From an uncultured delta proteobacterium (GTDB lineage: Bacteria; Myxococcota; Myxococcia; Myxococcales; Myxococcaceae), in NCBI GenBank assembly GCA_963796055.1, contig CAWCKH010000004.1, positions 2,528,001 through 2,592,000 of the forward strand: 64,000 nt of DNA. The letters run 5' to 3'. Below the pieces are notes generated by a model. That model saw only the letters and a program-made list of their open reading frames with translations. It did no database searches and was not told the origin of the DNA. Positions 9,738 through 18,747 of this stretch are shown one piece after another (within the stretch, counting starts at the first letter, position 1; the number at the start of each line of letters is the position of its first letter). The translations under genes and the position numbers were made by a program.

Positions 9738-10318
9738 CCCTCGACTTCGAGAAGGGCGGCGGCCGGGTCACGGTGGTGACGCGCGACGCGCGGACCGGTG
9801 CGGTGCTGATGGTGGCCCACGCCGACCGCGAGGCCATCGCCCGGACCGAGGCGACGGGCGAGATGCACTACACCTCGCGGACCCGGGGGCTGTGGCGGAA
9901 GGGCGAGACCAGCGGGAACGTGCAGAAGGTGGTGCGGCTCACGGCGGACTGCGACTCGGACGCGGTGCTCGCCGATGTGATTTCCGCGGGACCCGCCTGT
10001 CACAACGGAACGGTGTCGTGCTTTCGCGAGCCGGGCGAGGCCTCGGGTGCGTTCGCGCGGCTCGACGCGGTGGTGCGCTCCAGGGCGGAGTCGGGCGACG
10101 AGAAGAGCTACACCCGGAAGCTGCTCGTGGACCGGAATCTTCGCCTCAAGAAGCTGGGGGAGGAGATGGCCGAGCTGGTGACTGCCTGTGCCGATGGAGA
10201 TCGTGAGCGCGCCACGGAGGAGGCGGCGGACGTCGTCTACCACCTCACCGTGGCGCTTCGGGCGCTCGGCCTCGGTCTCGGCGAAGTCGCGACGGCGCTC
10301 GATCGACGCGCCCGCTGA
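9734..10318 (+). CDS. hisIE: Bifunctional PR-AMP cyclohydrolase / PR-ATP pyrophosphatase
   Basis: WRKGETSGN, DCDSD, GPACH, SCF, SYT, KKLGEE, EAADVVYH. Confidence 0.95.
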   Translation: MTLDFEKGGGRVTVVTRDARTGAVLMVAHADREAIARTEATGEMHYTSRTRGLWRKGETSGNVQKVVRLTADCDSDAVLADVISAGPACHNGTVSCFREPGEASGAFARLDAVVRSRAESGDEKSYTRKLLVDRNLRLKKLGEEMAELVTACADGDRERATEEAADVVYHLTVALRALGLGLGEVATALDRRAR

Positions 10319-10427
10319 GACGGGTCGTCTCGCGGCGCTGCGGGCGCTCGGCGACGGTCTCCGCGACCTGGCGCGCTGTGGTCGCGCACGGGGCTTGCTT
10401 CGCGAACCCGGAAGCGGATCGGGAGGG

Positions 10428-10453
10428 TACGGATGCAAGGCGGAGATCGGATG
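10428..10453 (-). promoter_or_regulatory. Putative ECF sigma promoter CATCC-N16-CCGTA pointing away from the anti-sigma gene
   Basis: Minus strand reads CATCCgatctccgccttgcatCCGTA, nearly the same as the motif at 11901-11925. Confidence 0.5.
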
Positions 10454-10508
10454 CGGGGCCGTGTGGTGCTTGCAGGCGCACCCCGGCGTCTGAAAGAACC
10501 GCCGCCCA

Positions 10509-11351
10509 GTGACGCACCAGGAGTTCCTCGATCAGGTCGACGCGTATGCCCTCGGTGCGCTCGAGCCCGCCGAGGCGCGCGCCCTCGAGTCCCATCTGGC
10601 CAGCGAGGGTCCGCATCCCCTGTGCGAGGCGGCGCTCGCCCGCGCGCGCGAAGCCGTCGCCACACTCGCCACCGATCTGACGCCTGTAGCTCCACCGCCG
10701 CGCGTCTGGGAGGCGGTCGCCCGTTCCATCTCCCAGCCGGCGGACCCCGCCCCGCGCGAAGCGGCGAAAACCGCCCCCATCCAGCCGCCGAAGCCGCCAC
10801 CCGGCCGCCGGGTGGCGGCCTGGGCCTCCGCGCTCGCCGCGGCCGCAGTCCTCGTCCTCATCGTGAGCGGGCTCAACGTCCGGGAGGCGCGCCGCTCCGC
10901 CGCGCTGGCCACCGCTTCCTCCGCCGAGTGCGCGCGCGATCTCGCCGAGGCCCGCGTCGACCTGCTCCGGAAGGAGGACGCTCTCAAGCTCCTCACCGAG
11001 CCGGGGACGCAGCTCGTCTCCCTCAAGCCATCGCCCGCGGCGCAGGGCCCGCTGGCCGCGGGCTCGGGCGTCGTGCTCTTCAATGCGCGCGGCCGGGCCC
11101 TGTTCCTCGGCCGGAGCCTCCCCGCGCAGCCCACGCGCGACTACGAGCTGTGGCTGATCCGGGGCGGGAAGCCGGTCGCGGCCGGCCTGCTGCCGCCCGG
11201 CCCTGACGGGAGCATCCTGGCTGACATCCGGCCCGAGCTCCTCGCGGGCGGCCGACCGGCGGCCTTCGCCGTCTCGGTCGAGCAGAAGGGTGGGGAGCGT
11301 GACGCCCCGAAGGGTCCCGTCATCCTCACCGGAGCGCTCGCCTCCCCATGA
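10509..11351 (+). CDS. RskA-type anti-sigma factor
   Basis: N-terminal AYALGAL..E..HL..C, one TM helix, C-terminal YELWLI and AFAVSVE; coupled to the sigma gene. Confidence 0.88.
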   Translation: MTHQEFLDQVDAYALGALEPAEARALESHLASEGPHPLCEAALARAREAVATLATDLTPVAPPPRVWEAVARSISQPADPAPREAAKTAPIQPPKPPPGRRVAAWASALAAAAVLVLIVSGLNVREARRSAALATASSAECARDLAEARVDLLRKEDALKLLTEPGTQLVSLKPSPAAQGPLAAGSGVVLFNARGRALFLGRSLPAQPTRDYELWLIRGGKPVAAGLLPPGPDGSILADIRPELLAGGRPAAFAVSVEQKGGERDAPKGPVILTGALASP

Positions 11352-11887
11352 GCCGCCCCGCCGAGGACGGAACCGTGCTCGATTCGGTCCGGCGCGGTGA
11401 TGCGCGGGCCCTCGAGGAGCTGTACCGCCGGCACTCGCCGAGACTCTACGCGCTCCTGCTCCGGATGCTCCGGGAGACCGCCGACTCCGAGGAGATCCTC
11501 CAGGAGACCTTCGTCGACGTCTGGAAGCGCGCGGCGGAGTACGCGCCGTCCCGCGGCTCCGTCGAGGCCTGGCTCATCACCATCGCCCGAAGCAGGGCCA
11601 TCGACCGCATCCGGACTCGCGGGGCGCGACTCCGGCTGGTGAAGCAGGCCGAGCAGCTCGCCCCCGCCGCCGCTCCGCCGTCTGATCCTCCGGACGTCCA
11701 CGCCCAGACCCGTCTCCGCCGGGCGCTGGGGACGTTGCCGCCCGAGCAGCGCCGGGCCCTCGAGCTCGCCTACTGGGAGGGGCTCTCCCAGAGCGAGATC
11801 TCCCGCGAGACCGGCGACCCGCTGGGCACGGTGAAGACCCGCGTCCGTCTCGGCCTGCAGCGGCTGGCCGAGCTCCTCGCCGGCTGA
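11348..11887 (+). CDS. ECF RNA polymerase sigma factor (SigK-like)
   Basis: EILQETFVDVW, WLITIARSRAID, LAYWEGLSQSEI, PLGTVKTRVR. Confidence 0.93.
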   Translation: MSRPAEDGTVLDSVRRGDARALEELYRRHSPRLYALLLRMLRETADSEEILQETFVDVWKRAAEYAPSRGSVEAWLITIARSRAIDRIRTRGARLRLVKQAEQLAPAAAPPSDPPDVHAQTRLRRALGTLPPEQRRALELAYWEGLSQSEISRETGDPLGTVKTRVRLGLQRLAELLAG

Positions 11888-11900
11888 GCCCGAGGGCTGA

Positions 11901-11925
11901 CATCCAGTCTGCGACCTCGTCCGTA
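11901..11925 (+). promoter_or_regulatory. Putative ECF sigma promoter CATCC-N15-CCGTA
   Basis: CATCCagtctgcgacctcgtCCGTA, about 40 nt upstream of the DUF4331-like start; SigK-type promoter pattern. Confidence 0.55.
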
Positions 11926-11963
11926 GTGGGGGCAGCTGGAGTACCCACACGGGAGGAAGCTGG

Positions 11964-12454
11964 ATGTCACGCATCAGTTCCGGCCGGGCCACGTGGCTCG
12001 CGGCCGCGCTCATCGCCACCGCGGCGCTCGCCGCCGACCACCAGGACGGGGCGGCCGTGCTCACCGACCCCGCCACCGACATCAACGACGTCTTTGCCTG
12101 GACCTCGACCGACGGCACCAGGCTGAACCTCGTCATGGACGTGTTCCCCGCGGCCACCAGCGGGGCGAAGTTCTCCAACGTCGCCCAGTACGTGTTCCAC
12201 ACCACCAGCAGCGGCGGCTACGGGATGGCGGCGGGGGCGAGTGAGGACATCCTCTGCACCTTCGACACCACCCAGGTGATCAGCTGGCGGCGCTTCGGGC
12301 TGACGAAGGCGATGCACGCTGCGTGCTCGCCCGGCGAGCCGGCGTGCCCCGGACCGGGACGCCCAGGCTGGAACGGCTCGTCGCCGACGCTCTCCTGGCG
12401 TGCGGAACGAGGGCGAGGCAGCCCGGAGGCGGTCTCGGCGGCGGAGGGCGCTGA
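11964..12454 (+). pseudogene. Truncated DUF4331-like exported protein, probably fused by deletion to the tail of another gene
   Basis: Signal peptide plus AADHQDG...DINDVFAW...FS..QYVFH, protein-like only to about 12285. Another frame then gives a short tail ending at TGA 12454. Confidence 0.6.
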
Positions 12455-12490
12455 GGACGCACCCGGCCTGGGACCCGCATGCGCAGAGCC

Positions 12491-12832
12491 TCAGCGTTCC
12501 GGTCCGACGAAGATCGGCTCGGCGAGCAACGACCGGGTGAGGCGGGTCACCGTCCCGTAGCGGGCGGTGTGAGCGTCCCGGATGCGCACGGCCTCGGCCG
12601 AGCTCTGGTACGCCTCGATCGCCGCCACGCTCTCCGCCCGGTAGTGGGCCACGTACCGTGCCCACCCGTCGGCCGAGCGCTCCCGGTCCTTCCACCGCGT
12701 TGCGCCCAGAAAACCGGGCTGCCGGAGCACGTCCGGCATGTGCTCGGCCGCGTGCCAGCCTGCCCAGGCCTGCTCGGCCTCGGGCGCCACCTCGATCGTC
12801 ACCCGGTACACCGCGTTGGCCCGGCCGCTCAC
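12491..12832 (-). CDS. DUF4286-like protein
   Basis: YRVTIEV...W..W...EHMPDVLRQPGF...Y pattern; overlaps the CBS stop. Confidence 0.75.
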   Translation of the reverse strand: MSGRANAVYRVTIEVAPEAEQAWAGWHAAEHMPDVLRQPGFLGATRWKDRERSADGWARYVAHYRAESVAAIEAYQSSAEAVRIRDAHTARYGTVTRLTRSLLAEPIFVGPER

Positions 12833-14196
12833 ATGCGCCCCGCGAGGTACTCGATGAGGTCGATCTTGGTGACGATGCCGATGACCTGCTCGTGCTCCTT
12901 CACCACCGCGACGTTGTCCTGGGCGAAGACCTCCCGCAGCCGGTTCAGGGTGGCCTCCGGGCTCACCACGCCTTGCAGCGGGGCGATCAGCGGGTCGATC
13001 GGGTCATGGAACCCTTGCTTCTTCGAGACCAGCGCGTTGAGCAGGTCGTACTCGTGAATCATCCCCACCGTGCTGCCGTGCGGGTCACGGACCGGCATCT
13101 GGCTGATGCCGTGCTTGCGCATCTGCTCCACCACCGCGTCGATGCGCTGGCCCTTGTCGGCGAAGAGCACGTGCTGCTTGCGCGAGCCGATGAGGTCCTT
13201 CACCCGGCCGGGCGACTTCTCGTCCACCGCGAAGCCGTTGTCCTTCATCCACTCGTCGCTGAAGAACTTGCTGATGTAGCTGTTGCCGGTGTCGGTCAGG
13301 ACCACCACCACCACCTTGCCCTTGCCCAGCTCACGCGCGATTTCCACCGCGATGTGCGCCGCGCCTCCGGAGCTGCCGCCGCCGAAGAGGCCCTCCTCGC
13401 GCGCCAGCCGCCGGGCGACGTTGAAGCACTGCTGGTCGTCCACCTGGCGGATCTCGTCGATCACCGAGAAGTCGAGCGCCTTGCAGAGCATGTCCTCGCC
13501 GATGCCCTCGACCTTGTAGACGTGCGGCTCGGGGAGCTTCCCGGTCTGGAAATAGCCCTGGTACACGCTGCCCACCGGGTCGACGCCCACGTTGCGGATG
13601 GCGGGGTTCTTCTCCTTCAGGAACTTGCCGACGCCGGTCATCGTCCCGCCGGTGCCGAGCCCGGTGATGAAGACGTCCAGCCGTCCCTCGAGCTGCTCCC
13701 AGATCTCCGGCGCGGTGGTGAGGTAGTGCGCCTCGCCGTTGTCGGGGTTGTGGTACTGGTTCAGGTAGAAGCTGCCCGGGGTCTCGCGGGCGATGCGCTT
13801 CGCCGTCTCGTAGTAGCTCTGCGGCGAGTCCGCCGGGACGTTGGTCGGCGTCACCACCACCTGCGCTCCGAGCGCCTTCAGGCGGTTGATCTTCTCCGCC
13901 GACATCTTGTCCGGCATGGTGAAGATGCAGCGGTAGCCCTTCACCGCCGCGGCGAGTGCCACCCCCATGCCGGTGTTGCCGGAGGTGTTCTCGACGATGG
14001 TTCCGCCCGGCCTCAGCTTCCCCTCGCGCTCCGCCTTCTCGATGATGTGCAGCGCCATCCGGTCCTTGATCGACCCGCCGGGGTTCATGAACTCGCACTT
14101 CGCGTAGACGGTGGCGTCGTTCGGGCCGACCAGCTTGTTGAGACGGACCAGCGGGGTGTGGCCGATGGCCGAGAGGATGGTGGAGTGCACGTTCAT
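12829..14196 (-). CDS. Cystathionine beta-synthase with C-terminal CBS domains (alternative start 14211)
   Basis: IGHTPLV, KCEFMNPGGSIKDR, TSGNTG, GTGGT, EGIG, then a CBS pair (GISQMPV ... GIVTKIDL). Confidence 0.93.
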   Translation of the reverse strand: MNVHSTILSAIGHTPLVRLNKLVGPNDATVYAKCEFMNPGGSIKDRMALHIIEKAEREGKLRPGGTIVENTSGNTGMGVALAAAVKGYRCIFTMPDKMSAEKINRLKALGAQVVVTPTNVPADSPQSYYETAKRIARETPGSFYLNQYHNPDNGEAHYLTTAPEIWEQLEGRLDVFITGLGTGGTMTGVGKFLKEKNPAIRNVGVDPVGSVYQGYFQTGKLPEPHVYKVEGIGEDMLCKALDFSVIDEIRQVDDQQCFNVARRLAREEGLFGGGSSGGAAHIAVEIARELGKGKVVVVVLTDTGNSYISKFFSDEWMKDNGFAVDEKSPGRVKDLIGSRKQHVLFADKGQRIDAVVEQMRKHGISQMPVRDPHGSTVGMIHEYDLLNALVSKKQGFHDPIDPLIAPLQGVVSPEATLNRLREVFAQDNVAVVKEHEQVIGIVTKIDLIEYLAGRM

Positions 14197-14251
14197 GGCG
14201 CTCTCGCTCATAGCACCGCCGGCGCCCGGGGCGCCCGCCCGCACCGCGGGG

Positions 14252-15538
14252 TCACCCGCCCGAGTGCTCCAGGAGCCACCGCCGGAGCGCGACCGGGTCG
14301 GCGGCAACGGCCTCGGCGTGTGAGGGCCGGGCCAGAAGCTCGGCCAGGGGCGCCGGTACCGCGACCGAGTGGCCGACCAGCGGCTCGACGACGCTCTCGA
14401 ACTTCGCCGGGTGCGCCGTCGCCGCGACCGCCCAGCTGCCCCCGGTTCCCTCGGTGCGGAGCTGCTCCAGAACGTGAATCCCCGCCGCCGTGTGCGGACA
14501 GAACACCTGTCCGTGCCGGCGCTCGCCCTGCTGGATGGTCCGGGAGATGTGCGCGTCCGAGACCGCCCGGACACGGAGTCGCCTCCGCAGCATCTCCGGG
14601 TCCTGGAACGTCCAGACCAGCCGCTCGAAGTTGCTCGGGTCCCCGACGTCCATCGCGTTGGCCAGCGTCGCCACGCTCGGACGCCCCCGGTACAGACCGG
14701 ACTCGAAGAACTCGACCAGGGTCCGGTTGGCGTTGGTCGCCAGCACGATCTCGCCGATCGGCGCGCCGAGCTCGCGGGCCCACACCGCAGCGAGCGCATT
14801 GCCCAGGTTCCCGGTGGGGACCACTAGACTTAGCGTCCCCCCGGAGCTCCACGCTGCGTGGGCGTGGTAGGCCAGCTGCGGCAGGAGCCGGCCGAGGCTG
14901 ATGCTGTTCGCCGAGGTGAGCCGGAGCCCTTCGAGCTCGGGATCGGCAAACGCTGCCTTCACCATTCTCTGGCAATCGTCGAACGCGCCGGGGACCCGAA
15001 GGGCCGACACGTTGTCGCCGAAGGCTCCGAGCTGGTGTGCCTGCCGCGGGGAGACCCGTCCGTCCGGGTAGAGCAGCACCACCCGCACCCCCGGCATCCG
15101 GTGAAACGCCGCGGCCACCGCGCCACCGGTGTCGCCCGACGTGGCCACCAGCACCGTCCGCTGCCCGTCGCCGGCAGGATGCAGCCGCCGGACGCAGGCT
15201 GCGAGGAAGCCAGCCCCGAAGTCCTTGAAGGCCGCGGTCGGACCATGGAACAGCTCCAGCACGAAGTCGCCGCGGCCGCGCAGCGGGACGAGCGGTGCCG
15301 GAAAGGTGAAGGCCTCGGTCACCATCGCCTGCAGCTCGGGCTCCAGCCGGTCCCCGCCGAAGAACGGTGCGAGCACCGCCAGCGCCGACCCGGGCAGGGA
15401 AGGGCCTCGTGGCCCGCCCACCTCTCCTCGCGGGAGCCGCGCCGGGACGAACAGCCCGCCGTCCGGCGCGGTGCCGCGGAGAAGAGCATCGGCGAGCGGC
15501 AGGTCCGGCGCGCCGCCCCGCGTGCTGCCGACGTTCAC
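14252..15538 (-). CDS. thrC: Threonine synthase
   Basis: STRG, APDGGLFVP, LELFHGPTAAFKDFG, ATSGDTG, SANSI, VPTGNLGN, TAHPAKF. Confidence 0.94.
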   Translation of the reverse strand: MNVGSTRGGAPDLPLADALLRGTAPDGGLFVPARLPRGEVGGPRGPSLPGSALAVLAPFFGGDRLEPELQAMVTEAFTFPAPLVPLRGRGDFVLELFHGPTAAFKDFGAGFLAACVRRLHPAGDGQRTVLVATSGDTGGAVAAAFHRMPGVRVVLLYPDGRVSPRQAHQLGAFGDNVSALRVPGAFDDCQRMVKAAFADPELEGLRLTSANSISLGRLLPQLAYHAHAAWSSGGTLSLVVPTGNLGNALAAVWARELGAPIGEIVLATNANRTLVEFFESGLYRGRPSVATLANAMDVGDPSNFERLVWTFQDPEMLRRRLRVRAVSDAHISRTIQQGERRHGQVFCPHTAAGIHVLEQLRTEGTGGSWAVAATAHPAKFESVVEPLVGHSVAVPAPLAELLARPSHAEAVAADPVALRRWLLEHSGG

Positions 15539-16461
15539 CCCACCACCTTCGCCGCCGGTGCAGCCACCGGCGAGATCCACACGTCGCACCCGATGTACTC
15601 GGCGCGGAAGGCCTCCTCCATCGCCCGGGCGATCCGGTCCGCCCGGTCCCGCGTACACCAGGCGAAGACGCTCGGGCCGCCCCCGGAGATGCTCGCCCCC
15701 AGCGCCCCCTGCTCGAGCGCGGCGGCCTTCACCGGCGCGAAGCCGCCCACCAGGGGCGCACGCAGCGGCTCGACCAGCACGTCGCGCAAACCGGCGCGGA
15801 TGAGATCGAGATCGCTCCGGTAGCAGCCGGCGATCACCTTGGCCAGGTTCGCGGTCTGCTCCACGATCTGGGGCAGCTCGAAAGGGAGTCTCAGCACCGC
15901 GCGCGCGGTCTTGGTCTCCAGGATCTGATGGGGATGGACGAGGACGCAGGTCAGCCCCTCCGGAACCGGGATGGCGATCAGGCGGTCGTGCGTGGCCAGC
16001 GCCAGGCCCCCGAGGAGCATCGGCCCGACGTTGTCGCCGTGCTCGGCCCCGCTCGCCGCCGACTCGCCGATCATCGCGCAGTGGTAGAGGACGTCCATCG
16101 GTGCGGGCCGGTCGATCACCGCGTTCGCCGCGACCAGGGCCGCGACGCACGAGGCCGCCGAGCCGCCCATCCCCGAGCCGAGCGGGATTCCCTTGTCGAT
16201 CCGCACCTCGAAGCCGTGGGTGAGCCCCAGCCGTCCCCGGAGCGCGAGCAGCCCCCGGCCGGCAGTGTTCTTCTCCGCCTCCAGCGGCAGTCCCGTCACC
16301 ACGCCCTCGATGGCGGCGATGCGGACCTCGTGCGCTTCGATCCGTTGCACGGTGACCCGATCGACCGGCCCCACGATGGCGTGACCGAGGATGTCGAAGC
16401 CCACGCCCACATTGCCCACGGAGGCAGGGGCGGCGGCGGTCGCGACGCTGGACCGGCTCAT
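15535..16461 (-). CDS. thrB: Homoserine kinase
   Basis: PASVGNVGVGFDILG, IPLGSGMGGSAAS (GHMP motif), HGDNV, ISGGGPS. Confidence 0.94.
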   Translation of the reverse strand: MSRSSVATAAAPASVGNVGVGFDILGHAIVGPVDRVTVQRIEAHEVRIAAIEGVVTGLPLEAEKNTAGRGLLALRGRLGLTHGFEVRIDKGIPLGSGMGGSAASCVAALVAANAVIDRPAPMDVLYHCAMIGESAASGAEHGDNVGPMLLGGLALATHDRLIAIPVPEGLTCVLVHPHQILETKTARAVLRLPFELPQIVEQTANLAKVIAGCYRSDLDLIRAGLRDVLVEPLRAPLVGGFAPVKAAALEQGALGASISGGGPSVFAWCTRDRADRIARAMEEAFRAEYIGCDVWISPVAAPAAKVVG

Positions 16462-16513
16462 CCCCGGGACCCTAACGCGCCGGGCCACGACGGGTCTGCT
16501 ACCCTTCGGAGCA

Positions 16514-17554
16514 ATGCACAGCGAGCAGGCCCTGCGCGACCAGGTGGCTCTGGCCACCGGTCGTCCCCAGGACGGCGCCCCAATCCTCCAGCTGAAGGGT
16601 GACGCGAGCAACCGCTCCTACCTCCGGGTCGGACGCTGGCCGGACAGCCACGTGGTGATGGTGATGCCGCCGGGGGCCCCGAAGAGCGAGGAGGCCAGCA
16701 AGGGTGGTCCGCCGGTCGAGCTGCCGTTCGTGAACGTGCACCGCTACCTCGACGGGCTGGGCGTCCGTGTCCCGCGCATCCTCCGCTACGATCCGGGGGC
16801 GGCGATGATGGTCCTCGAGGACCTGGGTGACCTCACCTTCGAGCGGGCCCTCGACGGCGCTCCGCGCGAGGCGCTCTACGGACGCGCCATCGACCTGCTC
16901 GCCCGGATGCGGGCGACGGCGGAGGCCCGGCCCGATCCTCACTGCCTCGCCTTCTCCCGCGCGTTCGACGAGGAGCTCTACGTCTGGGAGCTCCACCACT
17001 TCCGCGAGTACGGCCTCGAGGCCTGGAGCGGGAGGGTCCCGACCGAGGTCGAGCGCGCGCAGCTCGAGCGTGCCTTCGCCGGAATTGCCGGCCGGCTGGC
17101 CGCTGCGCCGCGAGGCTTCACCCACCGCGACTACCAGAGCCGGAATCTCATGGTGGCGCACGGCGACCTGGTCCTCATCGACTTCCAGGACGCGCTCCAG
17201 GGACCGTGGCAGTACGATCTGGTGGCCCTGCTGCGCGACAGCTACGTCGAGCTCGAGCCCGGGCTGGTGGAGGCGATGATCGACCGCTGGCTCGCCACCT
17301 ATGCCCGGGCGTCGGGACGCACCCCGGAGCCCCGCGAGTTCCGGCGCTTCTTCGACCTGCTCACCGTGCAGCGGAAGCTGAAGGACGCCGCGCGGTTCGA
17401 GTTCATCCACCGGGTGAAGAAGAACAAGAGCTTCCTCCCCTCCATCCCCGCCTCGCTTCGCTACGCACGGGCGGCGATGGAGCGGCTCGCGGACGACCCG
17501 GACGTGGTCGCGCTCCGCGAGGTGGCGGTGCGCTACGTCCCCGAGCTGCGCTGA
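16514..17554 (+). CDS. amgK: AmgK-like anomeric MurNAc/GlcNAc kinase (APH family)
   Basis: GDASNRSYLR, LEDLGD, HRDYQSRNLM, IDFQDA, YDLVALLRD; followed by a nucleotidyltransferase. Confidence 0.75.
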   Translation: MHSEQALRDQVALATGRPQDGAPILQLKGDASNRSYLRVGRWPDSHVVMVMPPGAPKSEEASKGGPPVELPFVNVHRYLDGLGVRVPRILRYDPGAAMMVLEDLGDLTFERALDGAPREALYGRAIDLLARMRATAEARPDPHCLAFSRAFDEELYVWELHHFREYGLEAWSGRVPTEVERAQLERAFAGIAGRLAAAPRGFTHRDYQSRNLMVAHGDLVLIDFQDALQGPWQYDLVALLRDSYVELEPGLVEAMIDRWLATYARASGRTPEPREFRRFFDLLTVQRKLKDAARFEFIHRVKKNKSFLPSIPASLRYARAAMERLADDPDVVALREVAVRYVPELR

Positions 17555-18528
17555 TGCCGCCGGGCCACCGAGCCTTCGTCCTCGCCGCGGGGCTGGGCAC
17601 GCGCCTGCGCCCGCTGACCGACACCTACCCGAAGCCGGCGGTGCCCCTGCTCGGCGCGCCGCTACTCCGGCGCACCTTCGCGGTGCTCGCCCGGGCCGGG
17701 GTGGACCGCGTCGCGCTGAACACCCACCACCTGCCGGAGCACATGGGGCGGGTGGCCCACGAGGAGGGCGCAGGTCGGGGCCTCGCCGTGACCACGGTGC
17801 ACGAGCCCGTCATCCAGGGGACCGCCGGCGGGCTGCGGGGCCTCGCCCGGGCGCTCCCGGGTGAGGACGTGGTCATCGCCTGGAACGGCGACATCCTCTT
17901 CGCCCCTGACCTGGCGTCGCTGCTCGAGGCGCACCGGGCCTCGGGCGCCGCGGCCACCCTGGTGCTCCTGCCGATGCCTCCGGGCCGGAGCTACGGGGTG
18001 GTGGAGGTCGACGCGTCGGGCCGGGTCCAGCGCATCGGCCCCGCGAACCGCGCGCCGCTGCCCGGCTGCAGCGCGTGGCACTTCAGCGGGGTGCACCTGC
18101 TCTCTCCACGGGTCTTCGAACTGATGACGCCGGAGGGGCCCGAGGACATCAACCACGACGTCTACCCGCGCCTGTTCGCCTCCGGTGCGGTGCGAGGCAT
18201 CGCAGTGAACGCGCCCTGGTCGGACCTCGGCTCGCCGGCGACGTACCTCGAGGCGCAGTCCGACCTGCTCCTCGGCCACGTTCCGGACCCGCTCGGCCCG
18301 GGCTCGCCGCTCGCCGGAAGGACGGATCCGGAGGCGCTGGTCGAGCCCGGCGCGCACGTCCACGCCGGCGCCGACCTCGCTCCCGACGTGTTCGTGGCCG
18401 CCGGTGTCGAGGTTCCGGCCGGGGCGCACGTCCGCCGGAGCGCGCTGCTCGCCGGGGCCGTCATCCGGCCGGGCGAGAAGGTGGTGGACGAGATCCGCTG
18501 GTCCGGGCAGGCGCTCAGGGCGAGCTGA
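17554..18528 (+). CDS. murU: MurU-like NDP-sugar nucleotidyltransferase
   Basis: LAAGLGTRLRPLT..PKP, GTAGG, NGD, WSDLG; TGATG coupling to the amgK-like gene. Confidence 0.7.
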   Translation: MPPGHRAFVLAAGLGTRLRPLTDTYPKPAVPLLGAPLLRRTFAVLARAGVDRVALNTHHLPEHMGRVAHEEGAGRGLAVTTVHEPVIQGTAGGLRGLARALPGEDVVIAWNGDILFAPDLASLLEAHRASGAAATLVLLPMPPGRSYGVVEVDASGRVQRIGPANRAPLPGCSAWHFSGVHLLSPRVFELMTPEGPEDINHDVYPRLFASGAVRGIAVNAPWSDLGSPATYLEAQSDLLLGHVPDPLGPGSPLAGRTDPEALVEPGAHVHAGADLAPDVFVAAGVEVPAGAHVRRSALLAGAVIRPGEKVVDEIRWSGQALRAS

Positions 18529-18666
18529 GGAGGGCGCTACACCTACCGCTTCCACCGCGACGACCGTTACGCGTTCTCGATCCAGAACTCGTTCGACGGC
18601 GGCAAGAGCTGGGTCAAGTTCATGGAGGGTGTGTACCGGCGGACTGCCGGCGCATCGGAGCCGTGA
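18529..18666 (+). pseudogene. Start-less 3' gene remnant (DUF1579-like C-terminus)
   Basis: GGRYTYRFHRDDRYAFSIQNSFDGGKSWVKFMEGVYRRTAGASEP* with coding-like codon usage, in frame directly after the murU TGA. Confidence 0.55.
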
Positions 18667-18747
18667 CGCGGCGGTAACATTCACGACGTACCGGTCTCCA
18701 TTTGGTTGCCGGCGTCGGATCGCGGACCCATTGTCTGCAGTGCAGCC

